Shown: positions 32,237 to 45,140, counted from the whole stretch's first letter. The stretch: DNA of 63,271 bases, filler included, from Globobulimina sp. (GCA_003354225.1; 20 parts of 20 records of this genome joined end to end with filler, not necessarily neighbours in it), one strand, 5' to 3'. Translations and numbers: made by a program. The notes: a model not told the origin generated them from the letters alone.

Positions 32237-32980
32237 TTATTGCAAACAATATGGTTTATGCTGCTCATGATTATAAATCTTACAATCAGGGCAAAACGAG
32301 CAGTACTCGCAACACATCGTTTTTAAATGATCTTTGTGCGACTCACAAAAACCCACTTCACATCCATCCCTATCGCACGACACATAGCAATCCACACAAT
32401 CACAGCATGCAATATTACATTTCTTGCAATGATGTAACTCTTCATCTGGGGCTTCAAAGCATATCCGACAAAATATTTCCTCATTTTCTTCATTCTCTTC
32501 AAACATATTGATGCTCGTATTCAAGTCATTTGTTCTCGAATTAATGTCAATGTTTGAGTCCCTTAAATATTTTGCTTTTTCCCTTTTATATTTTGCTTTG
32601 ATTTCTTGTATTGCTTTTTTTTCAGCTTTCTCCAATGCGGTCAATTTATTTTCTTTCTTATCTATGCATTTCTGCCGATTGCATCTTATTTCTTCAATTT
32701 CCTTTTCAAACACTTTCCGTGCTCTGTCATCTTTATATTTGGGTTTCGGTGATATTGTTTTAGGAGCTTTCTTCCGTAACGACACACGGCGTCTTGGTGA
32801 GTTTGTCGATTTTGATTTTCTGGCTGTCGCTGATTTGAATTTTTTTGATGTAGCTTTTGTAACTTTTCTTCTTTTGGATGAAGCTTCGGATAGCTCTGAT
32901 AGTTGACGATCGAGCCATATTTGATTGACTTGGGGAGCCTTTCTTTTTCTGCTCCTCCTTTTTTTCCGTGACGACGACAT
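32237..32980 (-). CDS. Basic, coiled-coil protein with C-terminal Cys-rich zinc-binding region
   Basis: Lys/Arg-rich N-terminus, EK-rich coil, several CxxC pairs. Confidence 0.7.
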   Translation of the reverse strand: MSSSRKKRRSRKRKAPQVNQIWLDRQLSELSEASSKRRKVTKATSKKFKSATARKSKSTNSPRRRVSLRKKAPKTISPKPKYKDDRARKVFEKEIEEIRCNRQKCIDKKENKLTALEKAEKKAIQEIKAKYKREKAKYLRDSNIDINSRTNDLNTSINMFEENEENEEIFCRICFEAPDEELHHCKKCNIACCDCVDCYVSCDRDGCEVGFCESHKDHLKTMCCEYCSFCPDCKIYNHEQHKPYCLQ

Positions 32981-33055
32981 CAACTGAAAGATTAAAAAAA
33001 GATTAAAAACAGCCACGAAAAAAACGGTATTAATACGTAATAAATTTAGTAATTA

Positions 33056-34570
33056 ATGATGTTTGACGACTGGGATAAAGATCCGTTTCATTTAGACCTG
33101 TACAAAAATCACTATATTTTATTTTTTGATATTATAGCCTTACCATTTGCATGTATTATTTTAACGGCAATCTTCATAATTTGGAATTATCGATTGTATT
33201 TTTCAAAGACAGTACTCGTGCAAACAAATAAAACGTTAACACTAAAACGTGTTGTTAGCGTGCAAAGTGTGAGCAAAATCAATGGCAAATGCAAAAATAA
33301 AGCAAAAATAGATATATCTTTGCCAGCGTTAACTGCTCCGGATCTACCGAGACCATGTAACGAAATAGAACCAAATGGACAAAAATCTGACAAACCACAA
33401 CAACCAACAAAACATATACAAAAACCCCGAACAAACCACATGGAAAAAGATGAAACAAAACGGTACCAATCAATTCCTTGGATATCTAAATTATTAACAA
33501 CAACAAGTATTACTTTAGCATTACTATTTACATATTTTTTAACGTTAATTGTGATATTATCCCTAAACAATTACTATCCGAAATGTATATATATTGCCTT
33601 ATGTTTCGAATTAATTTATACCCAAAGATTATGTTTGTATTTATATTACATATTTAGAGCATACATTTCCTTCAAAAACACAGTGTTCAAACTCGACCAG
33701 AAACGTCTTTTGTTTGCTGCAACTACAATTTGTTGTATATGGATATTTGGCGAATTATTCTTTTTAATCTGGGATTCTATCATTAACCCATTTGGTCAGT
33801 ATTGCACAGAGATTGTTATTATTACAGCTATCATTCCATTGGGTGTTGCAGAATTTTGTGTGGCTGCATTCTGTGTCACATTGTTTGTATTTAATTTAAA
33901 GAAAGTTAATCATAAACAATTGAGTCTAAACAATGAAGCAAGGTTCGAATTACAATATTTAATGACAAAATTAACGGTTTTATCTGCTGTTACAATACTA
34001 TCCACGTTCACCATTCTTGGTTTATTTCCATTTACCTTTGCTTTGGGTTTATTGGCTATTGATACACCTATAAATATAGTTGAGTGTTTCCCATCATTTT
34101 ATAATTTGTAAAATACGTTGGCGATTTGCAAAAATAAACGTCCTAAGCCGTGCACATTTGTGTATACTGCACTCGATCTGACTCAGTGCAGAAACTCTCT
34201 GCTCGGGTTTTATATGCAGGGTCAACTAGTTGTGAAAATAATGCTGGTTTGTTTTGTTAACTATAAAATCCGCATCCATATTTACACGAATTTGAATGTT
34301 TATTTTAGCAACTCGCCAATTGAAGCTCTTCAAACCAAAAACCTTTTCTTCTTATATATTATCAGATATCTATTCATATTATAAACTAAATGCAAGGAAA
34401 CAATCTTTTTTTTTGTTTTCAAAAACAAATAATTACATTATATGCAGGTTTGTTTGATGTTATCATTTGGAATTTATGATAAATATTATAAACGGTTATG
34501 TGTTCCATGTAGAAATTGTTGTGAAAAGAAAAGACGACATCTTAACATCTCAAATGTTTATAATAGATGA
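33056..34570 (+). CDS. 7TM (GPCR-like) membrane protein, 2 exons
   Basis: Seven hydrophobic segments, YIFRAYISF after TM3 and IDTPINI in TM7. Phase-0 intron 34079-34447 continues VCLMLSF..YKRLCVPC to TGA at 34570. Confidence 0.75.
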
Positions 34571-36372
34571 ATGCATAAAAATTGCGTTTTCCTGTTTTGC
34601 ATGTTTGTGTATTTATGTACATAAATTCAAGTCCTGGATTTGAATAAGAGTTTTTGAAGTTAATGAACTAGTCATCATGTCAGTGTTACAATAATTAATA
34701 GCATGAGTTTTTGAGAATGTTTTTAATTTATTGCTTTAATTTTTCATGTGACCCTGGAATCGGACTGGCATTNNNNNNNNNNNNNNNNNNNNNNNNNNNN
34801 NNNNNNNNNNNNNNNNTTAATTAATTAANNNNNNNNNNNNNNNNNNNNNNNNNNNNNNNNNNNNNNNNNNNNATATCCACATAATTTCGTAAATCCACAT
34901 TATTCATTAAATTTCTAACTAAATACATTTTAAGTGTTTCCATTTGATACAAATTACTAATTTGTAGAAACTTCAATAAATTAAATTTTCCATGAATGCG
35001 ATGTAAATAAATAAAAGCTACAAATTGTTGAGCCATTTTGATGATTTTCCAATTTCATTAATATTTTAATCTTTGATACATTCTCACTAATTTTGTCTAA
35101 TAATAATATCTTGAAATATGCGGTATATTCTCCTAATTTGACTGGATCTATCTTCTCTGTCGAAATAATTGTTTTTGGAACAAACGCGAAATTATATTCT
35201 GTACTAAATGCGTACGTCATCGCTATATATTCAATACACAGCAAAAACACAAAAAAAGATTAGAGTACGTTCAGATATAAATGAATAAATACAAACACAA
35301 TATTCACGAAAGCTGTGCAAACTAATTATAGTGCACAACTGCGTGAACATGAAGTCGCGTTCCAGTCCTTGACCGAGAATATTGCTGAGGCCAACTATCA
35401 ACAGTTGTGATTATATCAGATCAGAATATAAAAACAAAGAAAGGTTCCGTCCAAAGATAGAAGCATAGCTTGTTATTAATAGCCACGCTTTTTGGTAATA
35501 CACACAGTGAAAAAGTATAAAAGGACAGAATGCAGACAATATAAATAATTCGCATATATTTACATTGTTTACATTGGGAGAATGGGTGAAAGGTTATGCA
35601 AAAATAGAGTATCAATGTCGTACTGAATTAAATGAAAGAAGCCGACACATCCGCAATACGCAAGAGTAGCTTTCTCTGCGATCGCCACACTCAGAGGCTG
35701 AGAGGAGGAGTGCTGCCCAATCGAAAATAGTGCTTCCCACTTTTATATATTATATGTATATCTAAACGTACCCAGCGATGAATGATAAGATATCGATCCG
35801 ATCCGATAACAGCAACAAACGAAAAAATAAGCTAAGTATTTCATTAACATGAATATCGTAAATTTAATGCATACTCATCAAATGATTCTTAATTACTTAA
35901 TATTATTTTTTTTTGTGATAGAAACACTCATAAATTATCAGATTTATATTGTGAATCGATTGGTTCCACCACTGACAACATGTAAATAATCCTTACGCAG
36001 CGGATAATTACCATGATCAACAATATTTAATTTATACGCTTTAATTGATTTGTGGTAAGTCAAGTGTTTTCGTCATATATGATAATACAATTTAACGTAA
36101 TGTCTGCTACGAACGATGTTTGGTATCTGGATAACATAAAATATTTTAATGAATCAAACGTATGGATACAATTAATGAAATTGTAGAACTGAATATGATG
36201 CAATATTTACATCCATTTTCACATGTTCATGTTACCTTATTTTAATATTCAAATTCAGTTTTATAATGTTACAGCAACGACGAACAAAAAAAAAGAGGAG
36301 ATGAGAAACAACTAAAAGTTGATGAAAACGTGAAAAAACCACTCAAAGTGTATCATGACTAATGTACATGTT

Positions 36373-37940
36373 TCAATAATTTTTTATCGTCAAAAATGCC
36401 AATCCATCACTAGCATCACTGAGGTTATACTTTATGTGTTTGTAACGAGATAATTTAGCTTGAAAATGTTCATCTAATGCCACCACAGCATTTGTTATCC
36501 AGTCAGGTACATTTGGCCATTCTTCTGTAATATCCGGATCCTCCAACATACTCTCTATATCAATGAGTATCATAATTATATCAAATTTCTTAACTTTGCC
36601 ATATTGACTCGAAATATTGGCGTTATCCATTAACTCAATCCAACGTTTTAACCAACTGTCACATACTAATCCAGCAGCACTTTCACCCCATGAATCTTCA
36701 TCGAAATTCTCCGTATCTGAAAGATATGTATTAAACAAAAAAAGTTCAATTGAACGGAAACCTAAACCTCCCTGACAGAGATCAGTCAGATCTACACTTA
36801 TTTGCTGAAAACCATGTTTGTCAGTTGTGTCTCTATAAAACTGTTCAACTAATTCCTGTGTTATAGCATCGTTATCAATTATTTCCAATCTGCTGTTCTT
36901 GGCATTCGCTACAATGGGATCCAAAATTTCATTAACATTTTTTGAATTTATTGAAACTGTGTCAAATAGAATCACAAATTCAAACATTTCTAATTTTTGC
37001 AAAACATTGCATCGTATGATGTATTCTGCGATGTTTTTAGCAACGGTCAAACCATTAAAATCAGCTGAAGTGAACTTCAACGTTTTTAATTTTGACAAAA
37101 TATGTTGAATTTCTTCTGTGTTTCCATAGTCATTCATTGAAAATAACTCACAGATTCGGTATCGATGTTGATCGGAAGCCATATCATTACATTGAATTTC
37201 TAATTTTGGTTCTTTGGATGATGACAGTAAATGATACAAAAATGATTTCAATATTACCATTGCAGAAATATCGAATGTTACCTGTTTCATATTGGAAAAT
37301 ACATGTTTCTCTTTCTTGCATTGTTGAACAATATGATCGAATCCTGTTTGAACGCTTGGCGTTAAACCTGTCATGAATGTAATGGTTAAGCTTTCTAAAT
37401 TTCTGCAATTTATCAGTGATTTACAGGTCAAAATATCGAATGAGCAATCAAATAATTTTACTTCTGTCAATTTCGATTTATCATAATCGTCAATTTTGGC
37501 GAACACTATGTTTGGAATCGTCAACTTTGGCGAATCGTCAACTTTGGATCTATGTAATGTAATGAGATTGCATACAGATTTTCAAATTGATGCTTAATGA
37601 CATGAGTGCATATTTGAAAGCGTTGGCTCACAGTCAAACACTTTAAGTTTTTTGACGACTTTTGCAACATGTCAATTTCAAATTGGTCCACCACCCCCAT
37701 GCGTACACGTAAACTCGTCGGTACATTACCGGGGATTAAACATAATTCCTTGATCTTACTGTATCGACATTTATTAATTTTTACCATCAAACGGGCGAAT
37801 TCGAATGGTGGACATGAAGCTAATCTGAGTTGACTCATTGCATTTTGATCCATTCCTATTGTATTAAAATATTTATTTACTGTTGAAAATTTAAAAATGT
37901 CTGTTTCATCCAAGTAATGACAGCATGTTGTTAATAATTC
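36373..37940 (-). pseudogene. F-box/LRR-like protein frameshifted by a 17-bp tandem duplication
   Basis: F-box-like LDETDIFKFSTVNKYF and LRR-like NLESLTI, KLKTLKF. GAATCGTCAACTTTGG occurs at 37515-37530 and 37532-37547, exactly where the two ORFs break. Confidence 0.65.
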
Positions 37941-38040
37941 NNNNNNNNNNNNNNNNNNNNNNNNNNNNNNNNNNNNNNNNNNNNTTAATTAATTAANNNN
38001 NNNNNNNNNNNNNNNNNNNNNNNNNNNNNNNNNNNNNNNN

Positions 38041-38727
38041 AGGATAGTTAAAGAACAATTTAATACATTTAAATCTGAGCAGATCAAAACGAAATATGCC
38101 AATGTGGAGGTTGAAGAATATCCACGCAAACATAGGTTTTGTGTTTTTATCGACAGAAGGGACCCCGACGCCGCTGCAGATAATAAAAATGATAAAGATA
38201 TATTGGAAAATGATGAGGTGATATTTTATGAGCCTCCGGATAATTGCAATACATTTCCTGCTGATAGACATATGCCGATGTATTATTTTGATACTTCGCG
38301 AACTTGCATCATACCAAATGTTGGATATAATAATGGCAAAAAGAAGGAGGTTGCTGATGATGGGTTGGAGTATAAAGAGAAGGTTTTATCGGAAACCATA
38401 ACATGTTCGTCGCCGTGCAATGGGGCTATCTTAGTGTTGTCGTTTCATGTTGAAAGTATTGAGGAGATTCGATGTTATTTATATATGAATGGACAAATTT
38501 TACGTTTTTTTCCGAGTGATATTATTACAGTTTTACCGGAGTTTTTTGATAAAAAATTTGGAGATAATGAGGATTTTCCAGAGTCAAAACATGCGGAGTT
38601 GTTAGTGAAACAAATGGAGAAGAAATTAAAAGATATACATTTTAAAGCGTTTTTAAATAAATATCAAGCGTCGACAGCTGATATTATTCAACAAAAAAAA
38701 TATAATAAATTTGTAACACAAGTATAA
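38041..38727 (+). CDS. C-terminal part of an uncharacterised protein (5'-truncated)
   Basis: Open coding-like frame of >200 aa; no recognised domain. Confidence 0.6.
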   Translation, partial: RIVKEQFNTFKSEQIKTKYANVEVEEYPRKHRFCVFIDRRDPDAAADNKNDKDILENDEVIFYEPPDNCNTFPADRHMPMYYFDTSRTCIIPNVGYNNGKKKEVADDGLEYKEKVLSETITCSSPCNGAILVLSFHVESIEEIRCYLYMNGQILRFFPSDIITVLPEFFDKKFGDNEDFPESKHAELLVKQMEKKLKDIHFKAFLNKYQASTADIIQQKKYNKFVTQV

Positions 38728-38786
38728 TAATTCCTAGCTTGATTTATTCAACGAGCGTGCTTTTGCCGCATTTTAACAATTTCAGC

Positions 38787-40157
38787 ATGTCTTCGTTTTT
38801 CTACACAATTATCATCGTAACAATCTGCCAAGCCATAGATTGTCCAAAAAGTGCAAATTGCGAATGTACGCGAAATCAGCCATGCACTTTAAAGTTACCA
38901 TCTGTTTACCTAAAATATAATCAGTCCACATCAAAAACTAATTTATTAATAATTCAAATTAGTTGCATTGGTACAGATTACTGCAAAGGTGGTTATACAT
39001 TGAGATGTAAATCAGGCTATCCATGCACACTCAACTGCGATGGTTCAAACGCATGTACAGACTCTTATTTCCGTCCGAACGGTGCAACATCAGTCACAAT
39101 TATCTGCAGAAACCAAAATGCGTGCAGTGGCAACGCAGATTTTGACTGTCAATATGCCGCGCCATGCTCAATAACATGCCAACAACAACAAAATACATGT
39201 TCGAACTTAGTAATTAATGTCAATGATGCTTCGGATTTTCTCTGTTCAGGCACCAACTGTCCACCCTCTGTCCCTCCGCCATATACAGCCTCTCCAACAC
39301 CGTCTCCTACATTGTTCCCAACACCCTCTCCAACAAATATTCCAACATTAATTCCATCCAAAAATCCAACCAGATCACCCACACAAATCCCTATTTCACA
39401 TCCTACATTTTCCCCCACAATGCACCCAGCAATGTCCCCTACCACAACACCATCAAAAATGACACATAATCCCACAGAAATAACACCGTCGCCCAGCTTA
39501 ATACCAACCTATAATCCAACCTATAATCCAACCAAAACACCAACAATGTCTCCCACAAATAATCCTACAATTTCCCCTACAATTAATCCGACCAACACAC
39601 CCACAAAAAACCCGACAATTTCTCCAACAAATGATCCAAGCATTACCCCGACAACCAATCCATCGCAGAATCCCACCAATATACCAACTAAAATGCCTAC
39701 AGAAGCACCTACGATTCATCCTGTATTTATATCTAAATCGCCAAGTACATCACAATCTAATTTTCCTTCTGAAACGGTGACATTAAATCCAACGACGTTT
39801 CCATCAAAACATCCAAGCTCATCCCCATCAAATTATCCATCAACGTCTCCAACATATTATCCATCAGAAATGATAGCGAGCGATGATAATTTGGTGGGTA
39901 CTCCAACACCAAAGCCAAAATATGTTGATTTATTGATGGATGAAAGGTCTGGAGAATGTACTGCGGAAAATGATAACATGTTTTTGTATAATTTAGAAAT
40001 GATAACATTGGTATTTGTAATCATATTGGTTGGAGGTCTATTGATATGTTGTATAGCCATTGTGGTCAGAAGGAAGAAAGTAAATTGTGATTGGTTACAA
40101 GAGTGGACCCATCGTGCTAATGATAATGAAGGTGAATCGTTTGCTGTATATAAATGA
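38787..40157 (+). CDS. Type I surface protein: signal peptide, Cys-rich repeats, PT/PS mucin-like stalk, TM
   Basis: Hydrophobic leader, CxxxxxC repeats, dozens of (S/N)PTxx repeats at ~39280-39860, and a TM followed by RRKK. A short in-frame intron near 38895-38961 is likely. Confidence 0.85.
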   Translation: MSSFFYTIIIVTICQAIDCPKSANCECTRNQPCTLKLPSVYLKYNQSTSKTNLLIIQISCIGTDYCKGGYTLRCKSGYPCTLNCDGSNACTDSYFRPNGATSVTIICRNQNACSGNADFDCQYAAPCSITCQQQQNTCSNLVINVNDASDFLCSGTNCPPSVPPPYTASPTPSPTLFPTPSPTNIPTLIPSKNPTRSPTQIPISHPTFSPTMHPAMSPTTTPSKMTHNPTEITPSPSLIPTYNPTYNPTKTPTMSPTNNPTISPTINPTNTPTKNPTISPTNDPSITPTTNPSQNPTNIPTKMPTEAPTIHPVFISKSPSTSQSNFPSETVTLNPTTFPSKHPSSSPSNYPSTSPTYYPSEMIASDDNLVGTPTPKPKYVDLLMDERSGECTAENDNMFLYNLEMITLVFVIILVGGLLICCIAIVVRRKKVNCDWLQEWTHRANDNEGESFAVYK

Positions 40158-40367
40158 TGAATTGCATATTGGATAATTTTTTTTTCTGTAAGTAATAATT
40201 ATTTGTTTTTGTCATTGTGATATTGTGATTATTTTATTTTGTTTTAGTATACAATTAGTAAACAACTACAAAGGCAAATTAAAACTCTATAGCAACTCGC
40301 TAAAAATTATCTGAGTTCAAAAGTTTTGAAGATTCCCGTTCATCAAAACAATTGCAAGTTGTATGCG

Positions 40368-40991
40368 TTATAATGTGTGCCACTGACCTTGCTGTCCAAT
40401 TAATTTACACATTTCCTCCAACCTCTGTTGATCATATGCATCAAAACCATTTATTTTCGGACAATCAATATCCAAAACAGCCACCAATTTATTTGATTTA
40501 TTAAAGACAGGAACAACAATTTCTGACTGCGATACAGAATCACATGCAATATGACCAGGGAATTTATGTACATCTGGAACTAGTGTGGATTTTCTATGTG
40601 TTGCAGTATGGCCACAAACACCTTTATCAAACTCAATCGGATTACATGCGGGTTTACCTTGAAATGGGCCCAATACCAAATAATTCATATCTTTGTTTGC
40701 CGCTTTTGGTCTCACAAAATAAAATCCGCACCAATTGGTTGAACTGATACCGTATGCTTCATGCAATTCGTTATAAATCAATGCGGCACAATTTCCAGTC
40801 AATGCTATCACATCTTTGCATTCCTTGTTTAAATAATCCTCAATTTGTATTACAAGTGAATCATAAAATATTTTTTTACATAATTTCGGTTCCTCTTTTC
40901 CTTCCTCTTTCTCCTCTGTAGTATTATTATTAGTTATATTTTCAAGTTTAATCAATAATGAATCTAGTTCAGAGAGAACAGATGATGCCAT
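40368..40991 (-). CDS. msrC: GAF-domain free methionine-R-sulfoxide reductase (fRMsr)
   Basis: NWCGFY, LGPFQGKPAC, GVCG, VPDVHKFPGHIACD, SEIVVP, VLDID. Confidence 0.92.
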   Translation of the reverse strand: MASSVLSELDSLLIKLENITNNNTTEEKEEGKEEPKLCKKIFYDSLVIQIEDYLNKECKDVIALTGNCAALIYNELHEAYGISSTNWCGFYFVRPKAANKDMNYLVLGPFQGKPACNPIEFDKGVCGHTATHRKSTLVPDVHKFPGHIACDSVSQSEIVVPVFNKSNKLVAVLDIDCPKINGFDAYDQQRLEEMCKLIGQQGQWHTL

Positions 40992-41744
40992 TGTCAACAA
41001 TAAAGTTTTGTAAAGATAACAGATAATTGTGGAAAGTTTAATGGCTGCGCATATACGGATTTTGCTGTGTATGGTGATTTAATAAATGTCAATTTCAGTC
41101 GCTCGATNNNNNNNNNNNNNNNNNNNNNNNNNNNNNNNNNNNNNNNNNNNNTTAATTAATTAANNNNNNNNNNNNNNNNNNNNNNNNNNNNNNNNNNNNN
41201 NNNNNNNAATTAAAGGCTGAATTTGTGTATACAGTCTCGTTTGTAGTGAATTTGAAACAAGTTTCAAATTCCAATTTTTTGCGGAGCATAGTAAAATTCC
41301 CCTGTCTGTATATATGTAATAGATGGATCAACACCAATGCCATAAAGTAATACTAGATTTTAATTTCTTTTTGTTTATTGATATTATATACTGCTATAAA
41401 ACCATCATTTGTTTACCACTCTATTGTTTGTGGGTAAACCTATAATTGCTCAACTTGTCAAGCTGATGAACATAATGTTTTTAAGTGTGAAGCTGCTGAA
41501 TCAGATCGAAGATTATAATCCTTGAGAGTTGCAAAGATGTAACATTGACTTTCATATATTTACAACCCAATTGGTACAAAGACAGACGCTCTACTTTAAG
41601 GTTTACCGTACGTGTTACGCGTTTCTTGCCATATCATGATTGGTATTCTTATGCTATATACAAAACCGTGCGTGTAGTCGTAAATAACTCGTAATTTAAT
41701 ATTAATTAAAAATGAGAAAAACAAAGATAAAAGAAAAGGAATTA

Positions 41745-43209
41745 TTATTTATATTTTTTTTGTTTGGATTCAACAATTTTTGGAAGAAACATATCGAGGA
41801 ACGTTTGAACAAATTGACATGGATTAAACTCTGATAATGCAAATAGCGATGGATTATATATGTTGTTGTGTATATTGATTATAAATTTATCAAAACATTG
41901 CTTAATCTCCGCCTCAATTTGTGATGAATTCATGTCGTCCACTTTGACTGGACAAATGTGACCAGATTTTGTATTATCAAAATATCTAAAAACGCGCGAT
42001 ACATTCTGGTGACTGAAGTATGCGTCGTAGTGGTAATCAATGATAAATAATGGCACATTAAAAGACAATAACTCCATAAATGCAAATCCCTGAGTCTCTG
42101 ACACGTCCGCAATGATTGCAAATTCAGATTGTTTTGCCAATGACAAGAGATCCTCCCTCTTATATTGCCCATATTTAATCACTTGGCACGAATAATTGTA
42201 CTCTTTATCAAGTTGCATCGCATAGGAATGGATAGGACTTGATTTCTTAAGGTATGTTATGCATTTTCTTCGATTTTTACCATCATTGATCATGCTATAA
42301 TACTTTGCATTGTCGACCAAGTTTTGACTCATTGGATTTGGAATATATCCACGAAACGAATGAGTACTCTCTCCATAAACCGTTGTTTTGTTACTTCTCT
42401 CATCCAAAGTAATCTTATTATTATGAATCATATATTGATTTTTATCTATTCTTAACTTGGCAATATCTGAATTTTTGATGTTTGGGCCAACGACCATGAT
42501 TATATCTGTATGCCCACGTTGCCAATGTTTGACATATTCATTAAACACCATATCATGCGATTTTTCGCCTTTTATTATGGCGGTCATATATATCATATCG
42601 AACTTACTTAGATCGTCAAAATTATTCACCTCAACATTAAGATGGATATCAAGCACATCATGAAAATTTATAATGTCGTCACGTTGTATAGTTACATAGG
42701 ATGGTTCATGTAATTGTACATTTAATGCGGGTCTCAGTTGACATAATTTATTCTTATCCGCAGCATATGATATTAGCGCATTTTTGGTGCTCTCTGAATT
42801 ATAAAATGGGCCATGAGACGCTCTTTTGAATGATCCATGAATGAAATTGAGATTAATCGTTAGTTTTTGCTTATAATTAATATTGACACATAGTTATAAG
42901 CAGGTTCATAGTCAGATAAATGGCAAACAAACTTATAATTACGTATACCTTGGATTGATTGTGGTACTTCCAGTCATTATTTCGAATCAGTTTTATCAGT
43001 TTGGATATATTCAAATCATTCATATCAATGGAAATATCAGTTGGATCACTTGGATGTTGTTTTAATGCGTGTGTTAATAGCTCAAACGATTTATGCCAAC
43101 TGCGTTCGAAATCAAATTGAAAGAATGCTCCCAACAAATATGCTGTACATGCAGCTACAAATAACGCTACAAATTTTAACTGATAGTTCCGAGCCTGAGA
43201 CTGTGCCAT
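41745..43209 (-). CDS. Type II membrane GT-B-fold glycosyltransferase-like protein, 2 exons
   Basis: N-terminal TM anchor; in-frame GT-AG intron 42870-42948; ETQGFAFMELLSFNVP resembles the E-x7-E nucleotide-sugar motif. Confidence 0.7.
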
Positions 43210-44544
43210 CAGTTCAATTTTACGAAACGCTAACTAGGGTACTTAGTAGAAAATGATATTTATGGCTTTTTGTTTGGTGTGTGTTTCTAGAAAAGGTTAT
43301 TTGCAAACAAGGGTATATTTATTTCGACGTGTCGACAGATGCTGTCTTTGTCAGGAATAGGGCTTTCCGATAAGTGCTGATTTTTTAAAAACTCAGTTCT
43401 AAACTTCAGCACACTAACTCTGTCGTCATTTTGCTTGCTTTGTGTGTTTGTTATTGTGTGTGTATTGTATCAATCAGATTTCAATTCCTCGATTTGACAA
43501 AGTTAGAAATCACCAAATTTTCAGTTGTGAAATCACAAGTTTCTATTTTGTTGTGTTGAGTGATATAGATAACTTACAAACAATTTCAAACAGTTTCGTT
43601 AACAGCAGATAAGGGTGACATGAACAGTTTCTTTAACAGTTTCGTTAACTTACAAACAATTTTAAAGTTAAGGGTGACATGATATCTGGTCTCTGTTTTT
43701 GTATATGACGATATATATGTACACAATAATAGATAATATACCGTGCATTAGACTATGTGCAACTAAGTTTTTTTCGAGACCGTCACATTTGATGTCTACT
43801 TATGTCAAGAGGATTGCTTGCCAGCAGCGTGGATTAATAAATAGTCCTCACTCTATTGCCTCTACTGTCTCTCCATATGGTTTATAATTCAGTTGAAAAA
43901 TAAACCTCCACATAGAAAATCGGTAATGGTAAATCTAAGTTGCAAGTCGCTTTAACTTTTGTGTCTGTAGTGTATCGTTTTCCATACAATAAATACCACG
44001 GCCATTAACCAATGGATACGACAAGAGAAAATGTGCCATGAAAGACCTCCCAAACTTAAAGGATTACGCGGCTTTGTTCCATGATAAACGATATTTTTCA
44101 AACAAATCGGTTTACCCGAAATTGATTCAGATTTCTTGGGCTATTCCTTATTCTGTCTCCGTTTCAGAGATCGAAAGCAACCATACGGTGTCTCCTCTGC
44201 CCCTGCCAATTGTCAATACTTTACAACTTTGTTGATTTGGATCATTAATAACTGATATTAAGAGTTAATAACTANNNNNNNNNNNNNNNNNNNNNNNNNN
44301 NNNNNNNNNNNNNNNNNNTTAATTAATTAANNNNNNNNNNNNNNNNNNNNNNNNNNNNNNNNNNNNNNNNNNNNCTGAAGGCAAACATCCTGACCCTAGC
44401 AAGCACAATAAAGATTATGAATGTCCATATGGTAATTGCAAGATTGAAACCTCTGAACAGTTTCATAAATGTGGCGCTTATCTGTTCATGCTTGGTATGA
44501 TTAATTCATTCGAATGCAAGTACTGTGTATAATTTGAATGGAAC

Positions 44545-45063
44545 TTGAAAGGTTTATGTATTACTTCTATTGTGTGGGCAGCGTTTTTCATTCACGAATT
44601 TCAAGGTTACAGCTGGTATCCACTGAGCATTGCTTGTATGGTTTGGGCTACACTTCAACTGATTGGTGGCATTGTCTTTGTCATATTACAAATTGTGTTG
44701 AATGCAAATTACAAAATCAAAGAGGCATTTGAGTGCGGTGAGAAATTCAGACAAACTACACAGTTGGATTTGGAATTGAGTATGTTGGAAAGCAATGAGT
44801 ATGATAATAAAATTGGACTGAAGGACAGTGTGCAAGCAACGCAAAAAGATACAAGTTATAATTGTAAAGAAAGTGAATATAAAGTGTATAAGGATAATGA
44901 TAGGATCGGTACAGAACAAGAGAAGTATAGATTGATTGCGACGAAACTTAGATACGTTAGCTTTGCAGTGGAAGGAATTGTTGCTGCATCTATCATTGCA
45001 TTGGTCACTTTGAATACCATCATCAGGATTGTATTCGAGGAGAGACTGTATGGAATATCTTGA
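44545..45063 (+). CDS. C-terminal part of a membrane protein (5' portion missing or disrupted)
   Basis: Three hydrophobic segments in a 172-aa ORF. Confidence 0.5.
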   Translation: MKGLCITSIVWAAFFIHEFQGYSWYPLSIACMVWATLQLIGGIVFVILQIVLNANYKIKEAFECGEKFRQTTQLDLELSMLESNEYDNKIGLKDSVQATQKDTSYNCKESEYKVYKDNDRIGTEQEKYRLIATKLRYVSFAVEGIVAASIIALVTLNTIIRIVFEERLYGIS

Positions 45064-45140
45064 AGTGAAGTGAAGTTTTTTTATAATTTAAATGTAGATA
45101 TAAATGTTTTTCACACTTTAAAAGTTTCGACCGATTAAAG

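Noticed and set aside
35630-35745. GC-richer non-coding island as an ncRNA gene
   Set aside because: I could not identify tRNA, snRNA, SRP or RNase P motifs or a convincing stem pattern; an Rfam/Infernal scan would be needed.
39280-39860. Repetitive CCxACx DNA as a CRISPR-like or satellite array
   Set aside because: It encodes the Pro-Thr stalk of a surface protein; there is no constant repeat with unique spacers.
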